In this document: one piece after another, positions 39,013-50,100 of the stretch
Numbering within the stretch: position 1 is the stretch's first letter
How the letters are laid out: each line of letters begins with the position of its first letter
Notes under the pieces: model-generated
What the model was told of the DNA's origin: nothing
Databases searched by the model: none
Seen by the model: the letters and a program-made list of their open reading frames with translations, nothing else
Assembly: GCA_030704615.1 (NCBI GenBank)
Contig: CM060731.1
Span: 930,001-994,000, forward strand
Length of the DNA: 64,000 bases
Source of the DNA: Takakia lepidozioides
Taxonomy: Eukaryota; Plantae; Bryophyta
Direction: 5' to 3'
Position numbers and translations under genes: made by a program

Positions 39013-39232
39013 ACTTACGTTCCATATCTCATTCTCATGGGCGACACTACCATAAGAGTCATGGGTCTGTCAGTAACAGGTGTACATGCGACCTCCGAAC
39101 GTTCCAATAAACCATTCGGTGGACCTAGTGTCGAATGTTCGGACTTCGGAGGTCGCATGTGCACATGTTACTGACAGACCCATGCCTCTTATGGTAGGGT
39201 CACACATCCGAATGAGATGTGGGACGTTAGTT
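39013..39232. repeat. Imperfect ~87-bp-arm inverted repeat (hairpin)
   Basis: 39013-39099 (...CTACCATAAGAGTCATGGGTCTGTCAGTAACAGGTGTACATGCGACCTCCGAA) is the reverse complement of 39146-39232. Confidence 0.85.
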
Positions 39233-39419
39233 GTTTAACTCCTACGGAACTAATACATCGTTTTCTCGGAACCCTAGCGGAAACGTTGGAACATTACAAA
39301 TATAAACAGTAAGACATTATTCAAACCATTTATGTTGCGATGACAGGTGTCAGGGTCAAGCATATGCAATGTAGTATTTACAATGGGACTTAATTTATTA
39401 CATGCACGATAAAAATTGA

Positions 39420-40624
39420 GTTATGTCTTCAGAAAAGAACCATTGTACTGCTGCAATTCTCAGCCAACAACCTCCCGTAAATTGGTCCTCGAACATACTT
39501 CGATCATAATGAGCGCCGCCATTTATTCGTACTGCTATCTTCCCAACGGCAAAGGCCTCCGATGTCATGTCTTGGAGGGGGGGGGGGGGGGGGGGGCATT
39601 CGCATTAAAAACCGATGCAATGTCTTTTTCCACCCACCATCTTTTCGCGAGTTCCCGGTCCAGCTTGTCTTGGTTTTCAAACTGGTACGGCGAGGCTTTC
39701 TGTATGCCCAATGGGGTGGCTAAGCCCCAATCACACATCCCAATCTTGATCTCCTCGGTGCCATCTGGAAAATACAACAAGATGTTGTCGGGGGACATGT
39801 CGTTGTGCATGACACCGTTCTTATGGACAACATCCATGATGCACACCAGTGCCCGTGCAAGTTTACTGCGCACTTTCCGGAAACGAAGCAAGCGATTGCA
39901 TTCCTGGAACTCTGCTTCCGTTCCCTTTTGTTCCAAAATCACCATGTTGTCCGAATCGTTGCCCCATTTTTTGTCAAGGTTCATCACGTCGCGTATTGTC
40001 CACCCATTCCACCAGTGAGTGTAACCCTCTACCTCATGTGCATTCACAGCACATGCTGTGAATGCTAGAACTTCACTGCCAAACACTAGTCGTTATGTTG
40101 TCTCAACGCCTTTTCTGGATTTTTGGACTTGGGTTTTTTCCCGCTAGCTCCCAACGCTCCGGTATTCTAGAATCACCAACAATCCTACACTGATGGACCT
40201 TAGCATACCCTCCTTCTTTATAAGGGCCAATCTCTACCACCTTCGCACTTGAGTTCAAGTAATAAAGACCAGTTGTGCCTCCCCCACTCGATGACCCCGC
40301 CTTCCAAGGGACAACCCTAGTATGGCGATGTGAATTCTGACTTGCCGAGCAAGCCCAATACTCGACACACCGCATTAACTCAGCTTCGGCGGAGGGCACC
40401 TGACCCTCGGTTGTTCTACCCTTCCATGTCTTCATTAGCTGCCTCAAATTCCACGTGGCGTCTTTCGCCCTGCTTTGGATCCACTGATTGAACTTTGGCT
40501 TGTCCGTGTCCGCCGTCCACTTAATCCCCGCCAAAGCGTCCGTCATTTTCCTCTCCATATTCTGCTGGAAAATCTGAAATCCCTCCCATCCATGCCTGAC
40601 ATAAGTATTCTCCAGCCTCATCAT
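39420..40624 (-). pseudogene. Atypical protein kinase, decayed
   Basis: G-loop EGGYAKV; ELAGK (VAIK-like); VMHNDMSPDNILL (catalytic loop); DWGLA (DFG-like); SEAFAVG after a 20-G tract; frameshifts and stops near 40090-40140. Confidence 0.85.
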
Positions 40625-41220
40625 GTCCCTACCCTAGTTGGCAACCAAAACTGTCGACTTAATGCATCTTGGTAACACTCCACGGAAATAGGAGGTGGAA
40701 CGCCTATGACCGTGGCCTGCATGTGAGTTGTTCTAGCCGCCACCGACTATAGCACCACCTTCATAATTGGCAAGTCCGTACGGCGATGTTGGGTGTTATG
40801 GTCGCCACCGACTATATCATCCCTAGTCAAAGCTGGACCAAAGCTGGACCTTAACTGTTGTGCTTATAACTACATAGTTCAAAGCTACTTGTTCTTGAAA
40901 TGGACACTGTTGAAGTATGATTGTCTGTGAGGGAAGGAGTGTGCACATGGAAATAAGTTTAATATTTGGGCATTGTTGCTGTCATGTCATGGCAACGGTC
41001 TTCACATCAATGAGCAGAGTAGTGACTTGATTCATTTGGATATCCCCGGTAATTTATGGCTTCAATAGACAAGGCTCAGCACTCCATCAATTCCAAACCA
41101 GGGAAATGTGAAGGGTTGGAGGATGGCGAGGATGTGAAGATAATTCATTTAAGAAGTCTGAAAATCCACATTGGAGTAAAATTATGTGCAATATTCAATT
41201 ACACCCATATCACTGTACAA

Positions 41221-41340
41221 TTTCGGCCCCAAAAAGAGAAATTCGGCGCCATTTTCCCAAACACAGGTACCAGTGCATGTTGGGACTTAGCGAGTTTTCG
41301 GCCCCAAAAAGAGAAATTCGGCGCCATTTTTCCAGAAATG
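41221..41340. repeat. Two copies of TTTCGGCCCCAAAAAGAGAAATTCGGCGCCATTTT downstream of the transposase
   Basis: Direct repeats at ~41221 and ~41296 contain the element palindrome half-site. Confidence 0.85.
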
Positions 41341-41491
41341 GCCCCACAACTGCTTCTGTTGGATCTCAGTTTGAATGGAATATTGCCTCATTCCAGGAGT
41401 TTTGGGGTGCATTTCATTACACTGCAAAAAAAAAGTCTGATACAGCAAAATGCATTTGAAAATATCCATATGGAGGATTCCGTTTGCCCCA

Positions 41492-44400
41492 TCAATGAAT
41501 TCTGGAATCCCTAAGGAGGAGTTTGTGCAGCTCGTTCACGCTCAACGCCGGTGCATGAATAAAGTCATCAATAGTCACGTTCATCCTCAACCTCTTCAGG
41601 TAAATGTAATACAGATGCTTGCACGGATAATACTTCGAACCCTTCTTTGCTTCCATCAACGAGAAGTCCGTACAGTTGCAAGTCGGCTCCACTCCAATCG
41701 TAATTGTGTATACATCGTCGCGTATAGCCGAGCCGGCCGTTGCCATCCGATACACACGCCCAAGGCCGGGTGGGGGTACGTCCACGGAGCTCTGAATAGT
41801 GCAAGCCATCCCAAGAGCATTGGCAATCCGAGTCTCATTCAACTTGTTGGGAGGGTGTCGTCTCTTCACTCTTCCGAATCGCATTGTGGGATGTGCAGAA
41901 TTGTCCAATCCGTCTCTACTGGACCGAGCAGTCTGCAATGGCTGGGTCTGAGGAACCGGAAATGCGTGGGCCGGGATGTCTGTGCGTTGCACCATTCGAA
42001 ATCCTGCTGCAGATAGAGCATCCGCCTCATTCTGAGAGAGGCTGCAACCCGGTGCAACAGGCCAGACGCCCGGAGGCTCCGGCATTCCCTGAATCCCGTA
42101 CTTGGGCTTGCCAAATACACAGGTCATTATGTCGTGCCTACAGAACCAAAATGTCTGCGTTGTGGCGTGAGCAAATGTGGGAGTCAAAAATCTGCCGCTG
42201 AAACAAGGTGCAGGTACAGCACCTTGTGGGTTCCTCCGAATCATCTCACCACAGCGTGCTCTCGTATCCACCCGGATGGCGCAACACTTCCCTCGAAATG
42301 CCGGCAATATCCTCGCAATTCTCCACTGTGACTCCGACACTCTTGTCTCCACAATGGGAATGTTGTATTGCTTTACTACAGATGGCTCGTTATGTTGTCG
42401 GGGCACGCGCCCTGTGCTCAAAGGAGATGGCGATCTTGAACGTGCAGGACTTCCGGTGCTCGACGAGACCTCCTCGGACAACATCACCGGACCACGAGGG
42501 AGCGTGCAAATATTCTTGTCAGCTCGCCATGAATCCTCTTCTCCGCCAGGTGCCTCGTCAAGTCTTCGTCTCACTGGACGGGTATGAACATCTCCTTCCA
42601 AATGTTGGCCTCTTCGCAGCAATGGCGTGTCCCGAAGGCCCTCTCGCAAGGCCGCCGCCCACTTCCGAGGATTCTTCGATCTGGAGGCAGTCCGCATCAG
42701 CATTTCCTGCCTGTCCGGCCCCAAGCCCCACTGTTTCCCTTTCAAGAACTCGTTGTACCTGCATTGCTGCATAATTGACCTCACAATGTCCTCCGTTGTG
42801 GCAGTGAGGATGTCCACCAGATGCGCCGCAGAGGAGGCACGCCAGGAAGAGTGCACTGATTCGGCCATGTTTGTCGTGGGCATGTCGGTGTCGGAGTCGA
42901 GACACATTTCCTGCACAAGCACATGTTCAGGTTACAAGCAAGTTACAAATATGGCCAAGAATAATATCCAACGGGACGCGAATTCGTGCAACTCACCTCC
43001 CACATATAGTCGCCGAACTGGAGGAAACGATAATGCCACCATGCTAGCCAACTGACCATTGCTCCTTCGTCTGATTTCCTTACAGCACCTGACGATGTCC
43101 ACCAAGCCCGTATGCATGCAAACTGTGTCTCTGCATCATCCAAGGTGGGAGCGCGCTTCCACGCAAGGCACATGGAACGGTGCTCCTCTCTGAAATCTGG
43201 CGCCACGAGCCTGGTTGTGTACTGCAAAAGGCTCTGCAGAAAATGGAACCCACAAGATCTCTCCTTGCCTTCCATGGGAACATTGGGGTCTTGCCCGTAC
43301 ACCCTTCGGATGGCAGCCCAATTTGCTTGTGCGTTGTCCGCCATGAAACCACGGAAATTGGGAGGGGGCAATCCCGCCTTGGCCATCTGTTCGTTTATTC
43401 CCTGCCAAAGAAGCATCTCCGATTGTGTGTCCTCTCCTTTCATCTCACAAATAGCAATTGTCATTAGCATCCTGCAGTGGGTGTCGTAGACATGTGCACC
43501 CATTGTCACCCACTGGTGATTTGTAATTCGCTTGTAGTTCCCACTCGTCATCATGTCGACCAGTTCGACGCCACTGCCAGGTCCACACGTGGACATTTTG
43601 AATACGAAACAACGATCTGCCTCAGTCCCTTGTCCTGGAAACCTACTTTCATGAATGTAGTCATATCCACATCGTCGCTTTACCTCCAGAATGGAGTGCA
43701 TATCCGAGCCACGCCCAATTTTCTGTTTGCATGAGACAATGTGGTTTCGGACATTCGGTGAACATACGTGGACACCGACTCCAGCAATGCCTCCATTTCC
43801 TTCTCGTCGAGAGGAACTCTATCGGAGCCGTCTTCCGACATAATTCTGGCCAATGCCATCTTATGGGCGGCTTGGAGCTGTATCTGTTTGGGTTTGGCAC
43901 CCGGTCTCAACTTAACCTCCTCCTGAACGAGCTGCTCTGCTTCGTGGGCAGCCTCCCGCGAGTTCCCCCTCGCCAATTTGTGACAATGGGAACCAACGTG
44001 TATGCAAGCTCGGGTGAGGTCAGGGAAACGGTGCAACACATAGAACTGCTTGGCATTACAAACAGACATGCAGTGTGGTGGTTCTTTGCAATGCGCACAC
44101 TTAAATGTGGAGTTCGGAACCTTCTCCTGAGCTCGAAATGGTTGGTGAGCTGTGCCTGTCCAATCGGTCTCGTTCCTGTGACCTCTGGATTTAAAGTGGA
44201 AGCAAGTTGGGGAGAAACACCGCAACGCGCCCGCACAAACAACGTAGCGCACCCGCACACCATCAAGCATCTTCATGCTGGTGGTTTTGGTAACGCACCA
44301 AGGATGACCGTCATGTTTTCTATCCATATCTGTCAACATTCCGGACGCCCTCGAGTAGTCCGCCCGAGGAGGGAACTCAAAGAAGATATTACCGTCGACG

Positions 44401-45053
44401 TCGGCGGGAAGGCATGTAACCGATTTAATTGCGAACTTGCTGTAGTCCAGCCCGGCCAGCTCCGACCGGTGTCCTTCCAGGTGAAGCCCTCGCAGAATTT
44501 CTAGAATAGATCGAACTGCGGTGCTCGTGCTGGGAATATGACTCCCTCCTCCACTGACGTCCATTGAGGACTTGCCTGATCTCCAGGACGACCTCGGAAC
44601 TTCCATGACCTCGTCTGAGTCGGACAGGTTGTGAACAACCCGGTTCTCGGTCGTCTTCATGGATAGGTTCGGCTCTGGATTTACTTCGTTGCGGACTTCT
44701 CTCTTTGAGGTACCCACTCTCTGATTCGCGGATTGTTTCGTGGAAGGCGCCAGGATAGACGGTGCATTTGGCTGGCAAATGAAGTCCCCAACAGCCCTGT
44801 ATATGACGCTGTCCGATGGTGGAACTCGCCATTCCCTGCCATCGCCGAAATCATCGTGGAGCACAACAATACTCTCGACAACAAGGCCGTTTGAGTCCTT
44901 CCTTTCCTCCTCCAAAAAAACCGACCCCGGTTTCAGGTGGTATCGAACGCACAGATATTTCTCCATCACCCGGCAGGTGTCCCCTCTGCACGGAAATGAA
45001 GCTCTATGCTCGTGAGGAGGGCAGTACACTATAGCGCTCGGGTTTTCCGCCAT
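41492..45053 (-). CDS. MULE (Mutator-like) transposase, left copy: GCM/WRKY-like Zn domain, DDE, Cys-rich insert, SWIM; disabled
   Basis: CAGALRC...CAHC...C...HVGSHCH; FMADNAQA; CGFH (CxxH); TTNMAESVH; SWIM CNC...PCKH; intron 42911-42996; frameshift near 43770; 30-bp deletion removes the WVMFDH motif. Confidence 0.88.
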
Positions 45054-45349
45054 GGGAGATGTGCACACAAGACTGCCAGGATGGCGTGCAGGGAAGCTCC
45101 TTGGTAGAAGGGGGTGCAGCGATGGGAATGAATGCGATGCCGATTTGTCCGAGCGACGAAGCCTGATCCAAATCCAGGGAGCCAACTATCTCAAAAATCC
45201 ACAGTCAGAGTGTTAATGAACCTTGTCTCCGGAATGCGGCCCCTCGTCTTTGCGCAATAACTGCCAACGGTATGCAGTCAGAGTGGGGGGCCGTCCGGAT
45301 GATGACGGCTGAAGGGGAGAAGCCGGCACCGTGCCGTCACATTACTACC

Positions 45350-46560
45350 CCCGAATGGAAATTCGGCACCCAATAACCAACAGAGGAAGCCCGGATGAAG
45401 TCGCCTCGGGCGCAGAGGCCGGAGTGTGTGCGACAGAGAATATCCCCTGGATGGAGATTCGGCGCCGAATTTCCATCTGGGCCCCCCAAAGGGAGTCGTG
45501 ACGGGGGGTCAGGCCGAAAACTGGACGGCATAAAAACATCCCCAGATGGAAAAACGGCGCCGAATTTCCATCCGGGGCGGTTCGGATGCAGTCGGGGAGG
45601 GGGGAGTGGCCTGCACTTGGCCGTCACATTTCAACCCCTGGACGGAAATTCGGCACCGAATATCGAACAGGGGACGCCCGGATGAAGTCGCCTCGGGCGC
45701 AGAGGCCGGCGAGTGTGCGACAGAGAACATCCCCTGGATGGAGATTCGGCGCCGAATTTCCATCCGGGCCCCCCCAAAGGAAGTCTTGTCGGGGGGTCAG
45801 ACCGAAAACTGGCCGACATAAAAACCTCCCCAGATGGGAAAACGGCGCCGAATTTCAATTCGGGGCCGTTCCAATGCAGTCGGGGAGAAGGGAGAGGTCG
45901 GCACCTGGCCGTCATATTTCAACCCCCGGGACGGAAATTCGGCACCGAATATCCAACAGAGCGGCGGAGAGGCGGCACCTCTCCGACAGAGACCATCCCC
46001 CGGATGGAAATTCGGCGCCGAATTTCCATCCAGCAGGTAAGTGGAATCCCGGATGGATGGAGATTCGGCGCCGAATTTCCATCCAGCAGGTAAGTGGAAT
46101 CTCGGATGGATGGAGATTCGGCGCCGAATTTCCATCCTGCAGGTAATTCGAATACCGGATGAATGGAAATTCGGCGCCGAATTTCCATCCAGCAGGTAAG
46201 TGGAATCTCGGATGGATAGAGATTCGGCGGCGAATTTCCATCCTGCAGGTAATTCGAATACCGGATGAATGGAAATTCGGCGCCGAATTTCCATCCTGCA
46301 GGTAATTCGAATCCCGGATGAATGGAAATTCGGCGCCGAATTTCCATCCAGCAAGTAAGTCGGATCGGTGGCGTATGGATATTCGGCGCCGAATTTCCAT
46401 CCGGCGCTTCCGAATTACCTGCTTGAGGGAAATTTCCGCGCCGCCCTACCTATGGAAATTCGGCGCCGGATTTCCATCCAATTACAGGGAAATTGCCGCG
46501 CATTTCCATCCGAATTACAGGGAAATTAGCGGATGGAAATTCGATTTCCTTCCGAATTAC
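45350..46560. promoter_or_regulatory. Intergenic array of palindromes (GGATGGAAATTCGGCGCCGAATTTCCATCC consensus) between the divergent genes
   Basis: ~288-bp higher-order units with 3 sites each (45350-45990), then eight sites at an exact 53-bp period (46014-46385). A regulatory role is inferred, not shown. Confidence 0.8.
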
Positions 46561-47174
46561 CTGCTCTGGCCGGCGCCTTTCATAATTACCTGCCTAATGA
46601 AAAAAGCCCAGCAACCTGCGCCAACTGAAGCCGAGTACTCTCAGGCAAGCCACTTCTGCTTTCGGTTTGTTCGATTTATTTTTTGCTTTCGCTTTGTTAC
46701 CTCGCTTTGTTTTTGCATCTTCATCCTGGCTTTGCTGTATGAGTGAACTTTAGATAGTTGAGTGAACCTTAGATTGTTTGCAATGCGTGTGCAAATCCGG
46801 CAGCTCTGGAGAAGGCTGCTTGTGCATGTCATTCTTAGGCAATGGTTGCATTTGTTTTCATTGTTGTTGCATGGCTCTCCATACTTCCTAAACTTGTTAT
46901 GTTTTCATTTTTGCTACATGATTGTTGCTATGGTGGTTGCGCTGCTCGTTGCGATGCTGCTTTTTGCACCGATGTTGGTTTTCACGATTTTTGTCAATGA
47001 CAGAGTGACGACGAGCCCGGCACGCTGGTGGTATCATCGACAGCTCCAACTCATCGCATGTTTGAATCGCCCAACTTGGGGCGAGAGGGCAAACTTAAAC
47101 CTTTTGTTGGTGGACGGGAGGACTTGCAACGAGATTACGACAGAGTAGGCATTGGGGAGGTTGGTGCAGGCGGC

Positions 47175-50100
47175 ATGGCAGGTGAAGGGCGTGAGGACAT
47201 GAGGACAGCAGATCCGGCAATGGAGGTTGTTCATGCACATGCAGTAGGGCCCGCCCACGCAAAGAAAAAGAAGAAAGCTAAGCACATGCAATCCCCGGCG
47301 AGAGAGCAGTCACGGGCTGCGGAGGGGGGAGTGAGCAGTGCGCGCGAGGGTGTCAGTTCGCCTCAATCAAAGGTGGTCGTCCTGGAGGGCTCCCCTGCTG
47401 CTAGCCCTAGTAAGAAACAGAAAGCCCGTGAGAGGGCAAAAGAACAGACGAGACAGAATGCTAGCCAGGAGGAAAGACAAAAGGCAGCTGAAGAGGCCAG
47501 GGGTGCCCAAATGACAGATGCCAATGTAAGCGAGGGACGCACAGAGACGGTGGATCCCTAAGACACCACAGAGAGGCAGTAGCACACCGGTTAGACCATC
47601 GCGGGCAAGAGCAGCCCCGCAATTACCCATACGGTGGAGAGTGGAGGAGAGGAAAGAACACCTGAAAGAGCACGGATTGTGCAAGTTCGAGGTGAAGCCA
47701 GGGAGAGGGCAGTAGAGACGGAGAGTGCTGGAGGTGGTTTCGCAGGTGGCTGACCCTGTTGAGGAGGACGACATGGAGCTTTCTGACCAGGATGACATCC
47801 TCCCGGACATCCCCAGGCCCCAAACCCGGAGCATACAGGCTGGATTTGGCGGTCCTGGTGGGCTGCCGGAAAACCCCTCTGCAGCAGACGTCATGTCTGA
47901 GGCGGATATGAAGTTGGCCGCTGCCAAGATGTTGGAGGCAACCCACAGCAACATTGGCAGGGTGCTGGGGGCATGGTGTACCCGGCCAAGCTTCGAATTC
48001 CCCTTTGCCGCTTGGTGTCATTGCAGGTGGTGAGACCTGCCCTCCCAGGCGATATCGACAAGCTGAAATTCTCTTTCCGGGATGGATATCGAATGGGGTC
48101 TGCCGCGTTTTACGTTTCCATTGAGAACGACCACGGAGCTTCCCGTGCCCACACTTCCGATGAGGTGGACAAATGGGGTCCCCATTGGCAAACGCGAAAT
48201 GAGGAGTTCGAGAGATCGATTGCTAGTGATCCTCTTTTCCAGCACTTGTCCGGTAAGATGTTCTACGTGTGGGACGGCAATCATCGCCTCCTGGCATGGA
48301 TGGAGCACATTGCCCAAGCCCACCCCAACGACCTCGATTGGCATTTCGCCGTGGATTGTGTTGTGCTGAAGGTTGCGGGGCCCAAAGATCGCAGTCTTCT
48401 CAAAGCTGCAATGGCCGACATCAACTCGTAAGCTACAACCCCTCTCGCTTTTGGACTTTGAATTTGGAAGTCATTTCATTGCGAATCCTCATATATGATG
48501 AAAATTCCCATTTCAGTATTGTTTGATGGAAATGTGGCACTGCAGGGTGACTGAGAATGCCTTCATTGCCACCAACTTGTCCCATATGCTCTTCCGAGTG
48601 AAGGATGTCGGGAAGCAGGGGGTGCAAGAGTTTGCCAATTCCTCAGTGCCGACCTCCTGCGCAAGTCGGAGGCAAAGGCAGACAGAACCTGGTATAGGCT
48701 GAGCGTCGACGCCATGGTGGACTACATATTTCGGGTAAAGCTCCTGACAGTTTTGTTGAGCTAATCTGTCTCTCCTCCCCCAATAGAAGAAATTGTGTTG
48801 AGCAGGATCTCTAATCTTATGTGCGCATTCTTGACAGACGAAAATACAGCAGGATTTGGCACATGCGCGGAGGTTCTACATGGAGTCAGAGGAGAAGAAT
48901 CCAACCCTCCCGGAACTCGAATCGTATGTCAAAGCTGCGGAGGTGAGGGCCCGCATAAAGTACAAGTCGCGGATGGTAAAGTACGTGGCCATAGCTGATC
49001 CCGCCCTTGGTGCCGACTTTCTGGTGGAGGTGGGGAAGCACTACTCTCGCGCTCTGAAGCCCACGATGACATTGGAGAAGCTCCATCGTCTAGCCACATC
49101 CTGTGTGGATGCAACAGAAAAGGTGATACATTCTTAACCAAATTGTGGTGGCAACAACTCCTTTTTGTGGTGTTTGGCGCTTACGAATATGCTGGGTGGT
49201 TGGACAGACCCGGTGGCTCCAAATCTGGAATGGTTCCCAAAGTACCAGGGACATGTGGAGCTTCCCCAAACCGGACAAACTCTCTGACCCCACATTCGAC
49301 ATGTGGATGAACCGCATGACATGGTGGTTTCAGGTACTTCCCCACGCTTCGTTTGGGGCTTCTACTCTAGTAGGGGGTGGATTCATTGTATTTTTTGAGG
49401 AAAGCGATCTGATGGAGAATCTCCACAGGTGACGACGAATGCGCAAGAGCAGCTGGACACACAAGCACATCAGTTCAAGATGGAGATATCTCCTGCAGCA
49501 GAGAGCCTACGTGACTATGTGACGAGGTACTTTCTGCTCTACAAAACCAACCTATTCTTTCGGGAGATAGCAGATGCTCGCCGGAGCCACGAGTTCACCG
49601 ACCAGCCGAACGCGGACAAAGCAGCAATGCGCCTTCTGTACAGGTACATACGCGCTGCCTTTTTTTCAAGTCCTTGCATTTCAGGATGTTAGAGGCCTCA
49701 AGTGGTGTTAGGGAAAATGGCGCCGAATTTCCAGTCAGGGCTCCGAAAATGGCTAAGTCCCTAGACTGGCTGGCCCGGAACTGGAAATTCGGCGCCATTT
49801 TCCAGTTCCAGGCCCTATTGCCGTTCAGGGACTTAGCCATTTTCGGAAGTCCCTAGGGCTGGCCCTGAAGTGGAAATTCGGCGCCCAGTTGGCCCTATTG
49901 CCCAGAAAAAAAAACTGGAAATTCGGCGCCCAGTTCTAAGGGACTTAGGGGCTAAGTCCTAGAAAACTGGAAATTCGGCGCCATTTTCCAGTTCCAGGCC
50001 TATTGCCGTTCAGGGACTTAGCCATTTTCGGGCTAAGTCCCTAAGTGGAAATTCGGCGCCATGTTTAGGCCCTATTGCCGTTCAGGGACTTAGCCATTTT

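Noticed and set aside
39577-39596. 20-G tract acting as a phase-variation switch in the kinase
   Set aside because: The gene has other stops and frameshifts, and homopolymer length is unreliable in assemblies.
41492-45053. KDZ/Zisupton-type transposase
   Set aside because: The D...D-x-CxxH...TxNxAE pattern with a GCM-like N-terminal domain and SWIM fits the Mutator superfamily better.
46000-46400. CRISPR-like array (30-bp palindromic repeat + ~23-bp spacer)
   Set aside because: Spacers are two recurring variants rather than unique sequences, there are no cas genes, and the context is eukaryotic with introns; it is a tandem repeat.
45337-46746. Many ORFs with MEIRRRISI / WKFGAEFP / DGNSAPNFH repeats (also 60260-61217)
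   Set aside because: They are translations of the palindromic DNA motif in all frames on both strands, not proteins.
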